In this document: positions 20,591-30,100 of the stretch, piece after piece
Layout: every line of letters starts with the position of its first letter
How positions within the stretch are numbered: the first letter of the stretch is position 1
Origin: a bacterium
Lineage (GTDB): Bacteria > SAR324 > NAC60-12
Length of the DNA: 64,000 nt
Assembly: GCA_965205865.1 (NCBI GenBank)
Contig: CBDBHR010000029.1
Coordinates: 768,001 to 832,000, forward strand
Reading direction: 5' to 3'
Program-made: the position numbers and the translations under genes
The notes under the pieces: model-generated
Database searches by the model: none
Told to the model about the DNA's origin: nothing
The model's input: only the letters and a program-made list of their open reading frames with translations

Positions 20591-21649
20591 TTAGAATGCG
20601 GCTTTCACTTTAGCGCTGACTTCAGCTGAAACCCACTGGGTCCATAATTCTTCGTGTTTTTGTAGAAATTCCATTGCGGCATCAGCACCATCCGCTTGGT
20701 TTTCTTGCATATAAACCAACATGCCGTTCAAGATATCCCCCGGAAAAACACGATTGCTCAAATATTCCACTGCCTTGCCTTCTTCTTCTACCATCCTATT
20801 CGTGACCATGGTGGCTACTTCGGATTGGGTCCAGGCAGAGGGCTTCGGATCAGCGCATTCTAGTTCGGGTTTGACCATACAGCCGTCCCAGTTTTCACTA
20901 CCGGCGAAGGGTACGCCGAAAGGAACTTTGATCATTTTATATTTACCGATTATGGCGGTGGGCGACCAGTAATAACCGAACCAGTTTTCACCGCGTTCAA
21001 CGGCCTTGGTCATCGACCCGTCAAGACCGGCTGCAGAGCCCGGGTCGATCAACAACCAGCCTTTACTTTCCATTTCGAAAGCGCGAAACATGTTCATATT
21101 GGTCTGTTGACAACCCCAACCGGCGGGACAGCCGACAAATGCCCCCTTCGACCGATCTTCCGGATGGGGGAACAATTCCGGGCGTTCCAGAATATCCAGA
21201 ACGGTTTTCAACTCCGGATGCTTCTCAGCCGTATGAGGTGGAATCCACCAACCCTCGCCAAGTCCGGTTATCGGACCGGTATTCACAGCGTGCAAACGGC
21301 CTTCGTCGGTGGCCATTTTCATCAGTTCACGCACTGCATTGGTCCAAAACTCGCCAGCAACATCCGGCTGGCCCTTTTCGTTCATTGAAGTGAAGGTTGG
21401 CACGGTGTCTCCGGGTACCAACTCCACATCACAATCATAACCTTTTTCCAGGATGATCTTGTCAATATTGGCCATCAATTCCGCCGATGGCCAATTCATT
21501 TCCGCAATAGTGATGGACCCACAGGCAGCCAATGCCGGTCCCGAGATTAACATCGAACCAATCAACGCGATTGATCCGATTAAAGTGATGTTGAACAAAC
21601 GATTCAATTTACGAAAAGTACTTTCGGACTTTTTTATGAACGTAACCAT
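20591..21649 (-). CDS. Betaine-family ABC substrate-binding protein, probably TMAO-binding TmoX
   Basis: Signal peptide; CGSITIAEMNW.SAELMAN, GLGEGWWIP, GCPAGWGC, DPGSAAGLDGS, WFGYYWSPT; as recalled, this resembles TmoX of marine bacteria. Confidence 0.8.
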   Translation of the reverse strand: MVTFIKKSESTFRKLNRLFNITLIGSIALIGSMLISGPALAACGSITIAEMNWPSAELMANIDKIILEKGYDCDVELVPGDTVPTFTSMNEKGQPDVAGEFWTNAVRELMKMATDEGRLHAVNTGPITGLGEGWWIPPHTAEKHPELKTVLDILERPELFPHPEDRSKGAFVGCPAGWGCQQTNMNMFRAFEMESKGWLLIDPGSAAGLDGSMTKAVERGENWFGYYWSPTAIIGKYKMIKVPFGVPFAGSENWDGCMVKPELECADPKPSAWTQSEVATMVTNRMVEEEGKAVEYLSNRVFPGDILNGMLVYMQENQADGADAAMEFLQKHEELWTQWVSAEVSAKVKAAF

Positions 21650-22053
21650 GGTGTCTCCATTTAATTCAGTTAGTCGGAACAGCTTCCCCACGCGGGGTGC
21701 GGTTCCTGATGAGGAAAAATCGGGGAATCAGACTTATTCATATCCACCAATTTTTGATGATTGCGATAGCGTATTCGAGAATGAAATTACTATCACTTTA
21801 CCCGGATTTATGAAGCCTATCAGATCTATTCCCAAAACGCAAATAGCAGACTTTTGTCCTGAAAATTGTCTTTTCAGTCCATTTGGGAAGGCGAATTCGT
21901 ACTTCATACAAATAGACAGGAATTCAAATCCGGCATTCCAGTCTATGATAACAGGGAACAAGAAAAAGTCAAAGTCCACGGATTTTCAGACGACGGCTTA
22001 TTAAAAAGAGAACCTGATTCAGAAAAAAATGCGTTACCAGGAATTGAAAAAAC

Positions 22054-22941
22054 TCAGGAATTTATGCTCACCTGCATGTAACAAAACTTAAGCCAACTGG
22101 TGAAAAAAGAATACTGATGACCTCGCCAGCGGTTCACTGGCCGCTCCAACTCGAATCCGCTCAGCGCTGCGGGAGGTTCCCTGTCCACTTTGCGATTTGC
22201 TTCAGCAAACAGTCGCTGCGCATTATATTCCGGATGCCCCGTGTGCATGAGAAAACGATGGTCCGGCGTTTCAAATATGGCGTAACCGCACTGCTGACCA
22301 TACGCCAGCAAATTTATTCTTTTTTCTGCTTTTGCCTGTTCCATCACCGGGTTTTCGATCCAAGTCCGGCAATTTTGTGGACACAAAAACGTATCGTCCA
22401 ACTCCCCGGTAATAGGATGATATTGGTAGATATTTTGCATTTCAAACAGGCCAATTTGCCTTCGAGGAAGGAGAGTGCCCGCAATTCCTTCCAAAAAAGC
22501 AAGGGCCAGGGCGCCTCCCCCAATTCCCAGGATGCTGGGACAATTCGCTTTGGCATGCAAAAGAAGGCGACAGATTTCTTGCCAACCGTTCATGCGCTCG
22601 AGAGGGCTGGGTTGCAAAGACGTACCGTGGACAATCAATCCGTCCAAGGCTTCCTCTCGGAGAGCTTCTTCATAAAAAACATAAAATTCCGGGATCTCTT
22701 CCTCTCCCGGGAGATCTTGTCCCCGCAGCTTGATCCAGACCGGTTCGACTTGGATGATCGACAAACCCAGGGGATGGAGGAGATTTACTTTATCGTACAG
22801 GTCCACGGGCATGATCTGCAGGATCCCGATACGCATGGGGCGAATGTCCTGTCGCATGGCCTCTTGCCTGCGGATGCAAGTCACCCGGTTGGCTTCCAGG
22901 ATTGATTGGGCATGATAATTCTCTGGCAAAATGATCGTCAT
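22054..22941 (-). CDS. MetA (homoserine O-acyltransferase) homolog with degenerate active site
   Basis: QDIRPMRIGIL, DGLIV.G, TGHPEY, NRWR are retained; the ICWG nucleophile motif reads IGGG. Confidence 0.8.
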   Translation of the reverse strand: MTIILPENYHAQSILEANRVTCIRRQEAMRQDIRPMRIGILQIMPVDLYDKVNLLHPLGLSIIQVEPVWIKLRGQDLPGEEEIPEFYVFYEEALREEALDGLIVHGTSLQPSPLERMNGWQEICRLLLHAKANCPSILGIGGGALALAFLEGIAGTLLPRRQIGLFEMQNIYQYHPITGELDDTFLCPQNCRTWIENPVMEQAKAEKRINLLAYGQQCGYAIFETPDHRFLMHTGHPEYNAQRLFAEANRKVDREPPAALSGFELERPVNRWRGHQYSFFTSWLKFCYMQVSINS

Positions 22942-23052
22942 AAGAACCTGGCAATCCGGAATAAACTACATGAAATTCGGAGCGCATCTTCGCCATGCTG
23001 TTGGTATCCCATACCGAGTGATCAAAGAATCGGGCGTCAACGGAGCGGAGCG

Positions 23053-23931
23053 CTAGGTAATAGCTCGGAAGAATTCAAGATCGATCCCTGACGCGCCATC
23101 GGGAGATAGTGTTTGCGCGCTGACATGGTCAGCGCCTGCATTCCAATGCGCTTCCAATCGTTGGGAGATCATCGTCTCATCTCCCCAGGCCACAATCGCA
23201 TCCACCAGCCGGTCACTACCGCCGTTTTCGAAATCGCTGTCGCCGAAACCCAAAGTTTTAAGATTATTTCTATAATTTTGCAGACGCAAATAGCCACGCA
23301 TGTGTCCCCGCGCGGCTCTTCTCGCAGAGGAGGCGTTCTTGTCGAAAACCACGGCTTGTTCCGGCGCAAGCCATTTGTCCGCACCGATGATTTCCCTGGC
23401 GCGCGCCGTGTGTTCCACGGGGACAAAATAGGGGTGAGCGCCGTCAGCAACGTCTCTGGCCAATCCTAACATCTTTGGTCTCAAAGTCGCCAAAACAATC
23501 GGTACTTCGCATTCGGGTTTTGGGCCATTGTATGGACTGTCTTGCATTTGTTTCAGATAGGTTCGCATCGTGGAGATCGGCTTCCCATATTCCTGGTGCC
23601 AGATCGGACCCACCGATTCTCGATGGGAGACTCCCAATCCCGAGATGAAACGCCCCTTGCTCGATTCCTGCAACGTATTGCAAGCGGCTTTCATGGCAAC
23701 CGCATCCCTTGCATAAATATTGGCAATTCCCGTGGCAAGAAAGATGGTGTTCGTTCGCGCCGCCAAAAAACTCAGGTGAGCAAAAGGATCCCTTCCTGCC
23801 GCTTCCGGAATCCAAAGGGCAGCCACCCCCAATGATTCCAGCTCTTCTACGGTTCTCGCAACCTCCTCCGTGGAAAACGCATCCAGGAATGCCCACGCCC
23901 CCAATTTGCCAATTGTCTTTTTTAGTTCCAT
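23053..23931 (-). CDS. LLM-class (probable F420-dependent) oxidoreductase
   Basis: LWIPE, ATGIANIYARD, GLGVSH, GAHPYFVPVEHT, SDRLVDAIVAWG. Confidence 0.88.
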   Translation of the reverse strand: MELKKTIGKLGAWAFLDAFSTEEVARTVEELESLGVAALWIPEAAGRDPFAHLSFLAARTNTIFLATGIANIYARDAVAMKAACNTLQESSKGRFISGLGVSHRESVGPIWHQEYGKPISTMRTYLKQMQDSPYNGPKPECEVPIVLATLRPKMLGLARDVADGAHPYFVPVEHTARAREIIGADKWLAPEQAVVFDKNASSARRAARGHMRGYLRLQNYRNNLKTLGFGDSDFENGGSDRLVDAIVAWGDETMISQRLEAHWNAGADHVSAQTLSPDGASGIDLEFFRAIT

Positions 23932-24125
23932 CGAAAACACCCCTTGCTTGATTGAAAATGATGAAAATATCCGATATAAATAAACAATTTACATTCTGAT
24001 TATCAAAATGCTATTGAAAAATCAATTTCTTCAATTGAGCACGGTAGTGCAATTGGAATCAGATTTTCGTTTGAATTTATTCTACTCGAATGAGCCAAAG
24101 GTAATATAAAGGAGCTGGAAATCCT

Positions 24126-24539
24126 ATGCGTGAAGTCAAAACAAAAAAAACCGGAATGAGCGTGGATGCTTTCATAGAGGGAGTGGACCCCAAACGGCAA
24201 GAGGATTGTCGGATCATGCTGGAAATGATGCGTGAAATCACAGGGGAAGAACCGGCGATGTGGGGCCCCAGCATAATCGGGTTTGGCAGTTATCACTACA
24301 AATATGCCAGTGGGCATGAAGGAGACGCGATTTTAACCGGTTTTTCTCCGCGCAAACAAGCATTCACCATCTATATCATGCCTGGGTTTTCCCGGTATCA
24401 ATCCTGCTTGGACAAGCTGGGTCGGCACAAAACGGGCAAATCGTGTCTCTACCTCAAAAAGTTGGCGGACGTCGATCTCTCCATACTGAGAAAACTGATT
24501 CAAGAATCCGTTGCAACCATGGTCAAAATGTACAAATAA
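24126..24539 (+). CDS. DUF1801 domain protein
   Basis: MWGPSIIGFGSYHYKYASG, GFSPRK, LGRHKTGKSCLY. Confidence 0.88.
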   Translation: MREVKTKKTGMSVDAFIEGVDPKRQEDCRIMLEMMREITGEEPAMWGPSIIGFGSYHYKYASGHEGDAILTGFSPRKQAFTIYIMPGFSRYQSCLDKLGRHKTGKSCLYLKKLADVDLSILRKLIQESVATMVKMYK

Positions 24540-24656
24540 ATCGGCTTTCTTTCGACAAATCCCTGCGCAGATTGAAATGCGCGTCATTTCCGGACTGTCG
24601 TAATGATGCCGATATTGCTCTTCGGCAGCCACAAATAGCCGGGCTTTGTTGAAGGG

Positions 24657-25223
24657 TCATTCTTTTTTTTTGAAGATACCAGTAACGGAGTCTTTGATAA
24701 TAGAACCCACCATCGCCCCTGCATTGACCACGTTTTCTTCGTTGGCAGCAAATTCCTCCCCTGCCGCCTGTTTTTCCAGAAGCAGGTGAAAATTAGTAGT
24801 GAACCGGTCGAACATTTTATTGTTGACAGCATGAATCATACGCGCTCCAAACTGGGCGATGCGTCCCGTAATGGAAACACGCATGCTGCAATCGAGCCTG
24901 GTTTGCCCTTGTTCGGATTCGTGAAGATCCATCGCCATTTCCATGGTTGCGCTGCCTTTGCCTTGCTTGTCGCTCCCCCGACCTTTGACTCTGAAATGGT
25001 AATTGACGTCATCCAATTCGGTGAATTCCACTTGCCCGTCAAAATTGGTGGTAACCGGTCCAATTTTAACCTTGATTTTTCCCCTGTATTTATTCTCTCC
25101 AAATGATTCGACAAGTTCCGCACCGGGCAGACAGGGGGCAATCTTCCATGGATCGCAAAGAAGCGACCAGACTATTCGACGGTTCGCATTTACCTGAAAC
25201 ATCTTTTTTTCCACGACGTCCAT
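24657..25223 (-). CDS. CoxG/SRPBCC family protein
   Basis: VW..L.DP..IAPCLPGA, VKIGPV, GRIAQFGARMI. Confidence 0.85.
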   Translation of the reverse strand: MDVVEKKMFQVNANRRIVWSLLCDPWKIAPCLPGAELVESFGENKYRGKIKVKIGPVTTNFDGQVEFTELDDVNYHFRVKGRGSDKQGKGSATMEMAMDLHESEQGQTRLDCSMRVSITGRIAQFGARMIHAVNNKMFDRFTTNFHLLLEKQAAGEEFAANEENVVNAGAMVGSIIKDSVTGIFKKKE

Positions 25224-25238
25224 ATAATTCTCGCGCAG

Positions 25239-25679
25239 TCAGGAAGGTTTCTGTAGATCGACTGCTTCCAACACGGCCTCCCACCCGAGGGTGGCGCATT
25301 TCATTCTGGAAGGGAAATGTCGTACGCTCTCGAATATTCGTAGTTTCTGGCTGAGGCGTTTGTTGTGATTCAGTTGTTTTTTAGGATTAATCAAGGTCTT
25401 CAAGTCCGAATAAATGGCATAAATCTCATCCAGGTCTTTCTCACGAATCACCTCCGTCATGATAGAAGCGGATGCAATGGAGATTGCGCATCCCCGTCCT
25501 CTGAATTTGACCTCATTGATTTTGCAGCCGGACAATTTGAGATCGACCCGGACATGATCCCCACAGATCGGATTGTCTATTGCCGCTCTATGCGTGGGGT
25601 TTTCCATGCGTCCGAAATTTCTTGGGTTTTTTTGGTGATCCAGGATCATTTTTTGATAGAGTTGCAGAATATTATTCAT
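25239..25679 (-). CDS. sufU: SufU/NifU-family Fe-S or sulfur-transfer protein
   Basis: LYQKMILDH..NPRNFG, NPICGD, GCAISIASAS, RMKCATL (three Cys). Confidence 0.88.
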   Translation of the reverse strand: MNNILQLYQKMILDHQKNPRNFGRMENPTHRAAIDNPICGDHVRVDLKLSGCKINEVKFRGRGCAISIASASIMTEVIREKDLDEIYAIYSDLKTLINPKKQLNHNKRLSQKLRIFESVRHFPSRMKCATLGWEAVLEAVDLQKPS

Positions 25680-25911
25680 GGTTTCATTGGCTTATATTTT
25701 CGTAAAATTCAATAAACAAACTTCATAAAACTCTCGACTTTGAACATTTTATCCAACTTTTGGGTTTAATAAAATCAATGTCTTACGAATCTGTATTGGA
25801 ATTAATACAGGTCGTATCATCAAAAACGGAAAACAGCAACTTGTATTAATTTTTTTCAGAATTTCAACCTACTGATATTATTGAATAATGAAAATTAAAA
25901 GAGTAAAGAAT

Positions 25912-25934
25912 CCACCTTCTTAGAAGGTGGTTTT
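25912..25934 (+). terminator. Terminator-like hairpin
   Basis: CCACCTTC-TTA-GAAGGTGG followed by TTTT. Confidence 0.45.
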
Positions 25935-25956
25935 GATGGGCCCCTGGAAGGGGCAG

Positions 25957-26119
25957 CTCGTGATCGTACTCGTGAGCCGTGCTCGTGCTCGTGAACGAAA
26001 CGGCATCCCAGAGAATCCTGGATTCCCTGCCGTCTCTTCTATTCGGAATCCCCATCTCAAGGGAATCGGGAACGTTTCTATCGAGCACGTGCACGAGCAC
26101 GATTACGAACACGCGCACG
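25957..26119. repeat. Inverted pair of degenerate hexamer arrays (CTCGTG)n ... (CACGAG)n
   Basis: About 6-7 units of GCTCGT-like hexamer at 25957-25998; reverse-complement array at 26081-26119. Confidence 0.75.
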
Positions 26120-26570
26120 TTTCTGGCAGAGCCGATTATCTCTGACCACGCCCAAAGGACGTGGTTTCATCAGATAAAATAAATCGAATGTCCAAAGTCC
26201 AGTAAAACTATCACAGTTTGGTTATCATTGGCAACTATATAGATGGGCGCGTAGCCAACCATTGGGAGGAGTCGAGGGACTTGATTTCCTCTGCGGAAGA
26301 CGAAATTCCGTAGTCACATCCCTGATGCCATCCTCGCATTTTGAGGGCGGGAGATTTATTTTGACTGCTGCGTCAATATCCTGTAAATCTCCTTTATTCA
26401 AACCCGACGCTGGCAAGGTTGTCTCTTCGGCATTCACCAATTGGATGCTTTGATGGCAAATCGACTCCAATTTCCAGTTGAAATTCATCGTTGCCGCCGT
26501 CGGGATAATCGTGGAAAGAAAATCAGGTACATGTCCCCCGTATTTCGTTTTCAGGTAAAGGCAGAAGACA

Positions 26571-27614
26571 ATGAAAGATATTTGGAATGAAGTGATTCAG
26601 TGGTCGCAAGCAAAGCCTTCGTTCGTCATTGCCAGGGTCATACGCACTTGGCGTTCGGCCCCGAGGAAAGCCGGAGCCGCCATGCTGATCGATGCGGAGA
26701 TGAATGTTGTCGGCTCGGTTAGCGGGGGCTGCATAGAAGGGGCGGTGATTGAAGAAGCAATGCGAATTTTGCGCTCGGGAGGAAAAAAGCGCCTCGACTA
26801 TGGCATCGATGACGACACCGCCTGGTCGGTGGGACTGGCCTGTGGGGGTGAGGTCAGCGTGCTTCTGGAAAAGCACTGGGCCGTTTCAGGAAATCCACAG
26901 GCAAAAAAAATCTGGGATGACTTGAAGGAGGCCATCCGGGAGAAAAAATCGGTGGTTTTCCTCACTCGCGTGGAAGACAGGCAGTCGATACCCATGCTGC
27001 TTTATGAAGACGGCAGGACGGCAGGAGCCTGGGATCATTTTGACGAGGAATTGAAAACGAAAAGCCTGCAGGCCCTCGAGTCGCAAAAAAACGATACCTT
27101 GCGCTGGCATGAGGAAAAAGTGTTCCTGCACACTTTCCCGGCTCCGGATCAACTGATCATCATCGGCGCGGGGCACATCACCATCCCTTTAGTGCAGTAT
27201 GCCCGCCAAATGGATTTTGAAACCTACGTCATTGATCCCAGACGGGTCTTTGCCAACCGGGAACGCTTTCCGGTCGAACCAACGAAGATCATTTCCGAAT
27301 GGCCCCAAGACGCCTTACGGGACTGGAATTTCCATAAAAATATCTATGCGGTTTTACTGACTCATGATCCCAAGATCGATGATCCGGGCATGCGCATTCT
27401 GCTCAGGCAACCGGTCCGTTATATAGGCGCGTTGGGCAGCCGGAAAACCCATGCGAAACGGGTGCGACGGCTCCGGGAAGATGGCTTGAGCGACGCCGAA
27501 ATCAATCGCATCAAAGCCCCCATTGGTTTGGATATCGGAGCAGAATCACCCAGCGAAATTGCCTTGAGCATTCTTGCCGAAATCATACGGGAAAAACGAA
27601 AAGCCGCGGATTGA
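26571..27614 (+). CDS. XdhC/CoxI-family molybdoenzyme maturation factor
   Basis: SAPRKAGA, GSVSGGCIEG, GLACGG, LTHDPKID, YIGALGSR, APIGLDIGAESPSEIA. Confidence 0.92.
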   Translation: MKDIWNEVIQWSQAKPSFVIARVIRTWRSAPRKAGAAMLIDAEMNVVGSVSGGCIEGAVIEEAMRILRSGGKKRLDYGIDDDTAWSVGLACGGEVSVLLEKHWAVSGNPQAKKIWDDLKEAIREKKSVVFLTRVEDRQSIPMLLYEDGRTAGAWDHFDEELKTKSLQALESQKNDTLRWHEEKVFLHTFPAPDQLIIIGAGHITIPLVQYARQMDFETYVIDPRRVFANRERFPVEPTKIISEWPQDALRDWNFHKNIYAVLLTHDPKIDDPGMRILLRQPVRYIGALGSRKTHAKRVRRLREDGLSDAEINRIKAPIGLDIGAESPSEIALSILAEIIREKRKAAD

Positions 27615-27646
27615 TTTTATATGAATGCAAAGGGGAAGAGATACTC

Positions 27647-29263
27647 ATGGAAAGCACAATAATGGATTTTCCGCTGACGCTGTCGATGATCATGCGTCGC
27701 GCAGAACTGCTTTTTCCCAACCAGGAAATCGTCACTCGTCAGCCCGACAGGTCCTTCCACCGCTACACGAACCGGGAATGGCTGCGCCGCGCGAAGAAGT
27801 TGGCGCTGGCTTTGAAAAGGATGGGTGTGAGAGACGGGGAACGCGTTGCCAGTTTCTGCTGGAATCACTACCAGCACTATGAACTCTACTTCGCCGTCCC
27901 AGCCATGGGTGCTGTCTTACACACGCTCAACCTGCGACTGGGAGAAGAAGATTTGAGTTATATCATCAACCATGCTGATGACCGGGTATTGTTCATCGAT
28001 GACAGTTTACTGCCCCTCTATGAGAAATTCCGAAACCGAGTAAATTTTCGCCAAATCGTTGTCATTTCCCGTGATGGGGAGGTGCCGGAAGGCATGCTCG
28101 ATTATGAGACGCTGCTGGGTCAGGAAGATGAGCAGGAATTCGAATACGCGGACTGGGATGAAAGAAAAGCGATCTCCATGTGTTACACCTCCGGCACCAC
28201 CGGCAAGCCAAAAGGGGTCTTATTTTCCCACCGTTCCACTATACTCCATGCCTTGGTCAGCTGTATGTCCACGACGCTGGCTTTCAGTGAAAAAGACGTC
28301 TTGCTTCCCGTGGTACCCATGTTCCACGTGAATGCCTGGGGCATCCCCTATGCGGCGCCTATGGTGGGAAGCAAGCTGGTTTTTCCAGGTCCTTATTCAG
28401 ACCCGGCGAGTTTGTTGGAAGCCTTTGTTCAGGAAAAAGTGACTTTCACCGGTGGCGTTCCTACTATATGGATCGGTATGCTCAAAGTCCTCGATGAGAA
28501 TCCCGGCGTTCACGATCTCTCCAACATGCGCATGCTGGTTGTCGGTGGTTCTGCTGTGCCCCGCAGTCTGATTGACGCATTTGAAAAACGGCATGGACTG
28601 AACATCACGCAAGCATGGGGAATGACGGAAATGTCACCTCTCGGAACCTTCTATTCAGAGAGACCCCATCTTGAAGATTTGGAGCGAGACGCGCAACTCG
28701 ATTACCGCGCGAAACAAGGACTGCCCGTCAATTTGGTGGAATATCGGATTCGAGGAGATGAGGGTTTCGCGCCATTTGACGGAGAGAGCATGGGAGAGTT
28801 GGAAGTGCGGGGTCCCTTTATCACGGGAAGTTACTACAATTCTGAGGAGGGGGCGGAAAAATTCACCGGGGACGGCTGGTTCAAAACCGGAGATATCGTG
28901 ACCATTGATGAGGAATGCTATCTGGAAGTGAAAGATCGCTCCAAAGATCTGGTTAAATCAGGAGGAGAATGGATCAGTTCCGTTGACCTGGAAAATAGAC
29001 TGATGGGGCATGAAGCGGTGACCGAAGCCGCCGTGTTTGCCGTTGCTCATGAAAAATGGCAAGAGCGCCCCTTGGCGGCCGTAGTCCTGCAGGAAGGAAA
29101 ACAAGCTTCCAAGGAGGAACTGCTCTCCTTTCTGGCTGAAAAGTTTCCCAAGTGGTGGCTGCCGGATGACCTGTTGTTTGTGGAAAGCATTCCCAAAACC
29201 AGCGTTGGTAAATTCAAGAAAGTGACCTTGCGGGAAATGTACTGGCGCCATCTCTCAAAATGA
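27647..29263 (+). CDS. Medium/long-chain acyl-CoA ligase (AlkK/DmdB-like)
   Basis: YTSGTTGKPKG, PMFHVNAWG, AWGMTEMSP, DRSKDLVKSGGEWISS. Confidence 0.92.
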   Translation: MESTIMDFPLTLSMIMRRAELLFPNQEIVTRQPDRSFHRYTNREWLRRAKKLALALKRMGVRDGERVASFCWNHYQHYELYFAVPAMGAVLHTLNLRLGEEDLSYIINHADDRVLFIDDSLLPLYEKFRNRVNFRQIVVISRDGEVPEGMLDYETLLGQEDEQEFEYADWDERKAISMCYTSGTTGKPKGVLFSHRSTILHALVSCMSTTLAFSEKDVLLPVVPMFHVNAWGIPYAAPMVGSKLVFPGPYSDPASLLEAFVQEKVTFTGGVPTIWIGMLKVLDENPGVHDLSNMRMLVVGGSAVPRSLIDAFEKRHGLNITQAWGMTEMSPLGTFYSERPHLEDLERDAQLDYRAKQGLPVNLVEYRIRGDEGFAPFDGESMGELEVRGPFITGSYYNSEEGAEKFTGDGWFKTGDIVTIDEECYLEVKDRSKDLVKSGGEWISSVDLENRLMGHEAVTEAAVFAVAHEKWQERPLAAVVLQEGKQASKEELLSFLAEKFPKWWLPDDLLFVESIPKTSVGKFKKVTLREMYWRHLSK

Positions 29264-29328
29264 CGACTTCTCCAAGATTGAAAAAAGAGAGACAAAGAGT
29301 CGCATACAATGAAAAAAAAGGAGAAACT

Positions 29329-30099
29329 ATGATTTTTGATCTAAGCGGAAAAGTTGCGATCGTGACCGGCTCTACCAAGGGAATTGGAAAAGCCATTGCC
29401 GGGCAAATGGCAGAATTTGGCGCAAAAGTGGTCATTTCCAGCCGTAAAGGCGAAGCCTGTGATGACGTGGCCCGTGCTCTCAATGAGAAGTTGCAGGATA
29501 AGCCGGGCGAAGCAACCTCGATTCCCTGCCATGTCTCCCACAAAGACCAGTTGAAAAATCTGGTGGACGAAACCCACAAGCGATTTGGGAAAATCGACAT
29601 TCTGGTTGGCAATGCGGGGGTCAATCCGTTTTATGGATCTTCTGCCGATATCCCGGATTCCGCCTTTGAGAAAATCTTATCGACCAACATCACCTCCAAT
29701 CACTGGCTATGTCAGATGGTGATTCCGGACATGCTGGAAAAGAAAGGTGGCTCGATCATCATTGTCTCGTCAGTGGCCGGGTTCCAGGGATCTTCGGTCT
29801 TGGGGACTTACGCGATCTCGAAAGCGGCGGATCTGGCATTGATTCGAAACATTGCAGTGGAATACGGACCCCGCCATATTCGCGCCAATGCAATTGCTCC
29901 CGGATTGATCAAGACGGATTTCGCCAAAGCGTTGTGGAGCAACCCGGAAACTTTGAAACTGGCAACGCAAAACTATCCACTGCGTCGCATTGGAGAACCC
30001 ATTGAGTGCGCAGGGGCGGCGGTTTTCCTCGCATCGGATGCGGCCAGTTTCATCACCGGTCAGTCCATCGTCATCGATGGGGGCGGTCTCATTGCCTGA
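29329..30099 (+). CDS. SDR oxidoreductase
   Basis: TGSTKGIG, NAG, YAISK; AAGGAG RBS. Confidence 0.92.
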   Translation: MIFDLSGKVAIVTGSTKGIGKAIAGQMAEFGAKVVISSRKGEACDDVARALNEKLQDKPGEATSIPCHVSHKDQLKNLVDETHKRFGKIDILVGNAGVNPFYGSSADIPDSAFEKILSTNITSNHWLCQMVIPDMLEKKGGSIIIVSSVAGFQGSSVLGTYAISKAADLALIRNIAVEYGPRHIRANAIAPGLIKTDFAKALWSNPETLKLATQNYPLRRIGEPIECAGAAVFLASDAASFITGQSIVIDGGGLIA

Positions 30100-30100
30100 A

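Noticed and set aside
22500..22545. Selenocysteine at the MetA nucleophile, given that selU is present
   Set aside because: The codon is GGG, not TGA
22942..23052. SAM riboswitch upstream of the metA homolog
   Set aside because: No recognisable SAM-riboswitch consensus
25864..26488. Short ORFs in the sufU-xdhC gap
   Set aside because: Explained by the hexamer repeat, or lacking an RBS and recognisable motifs
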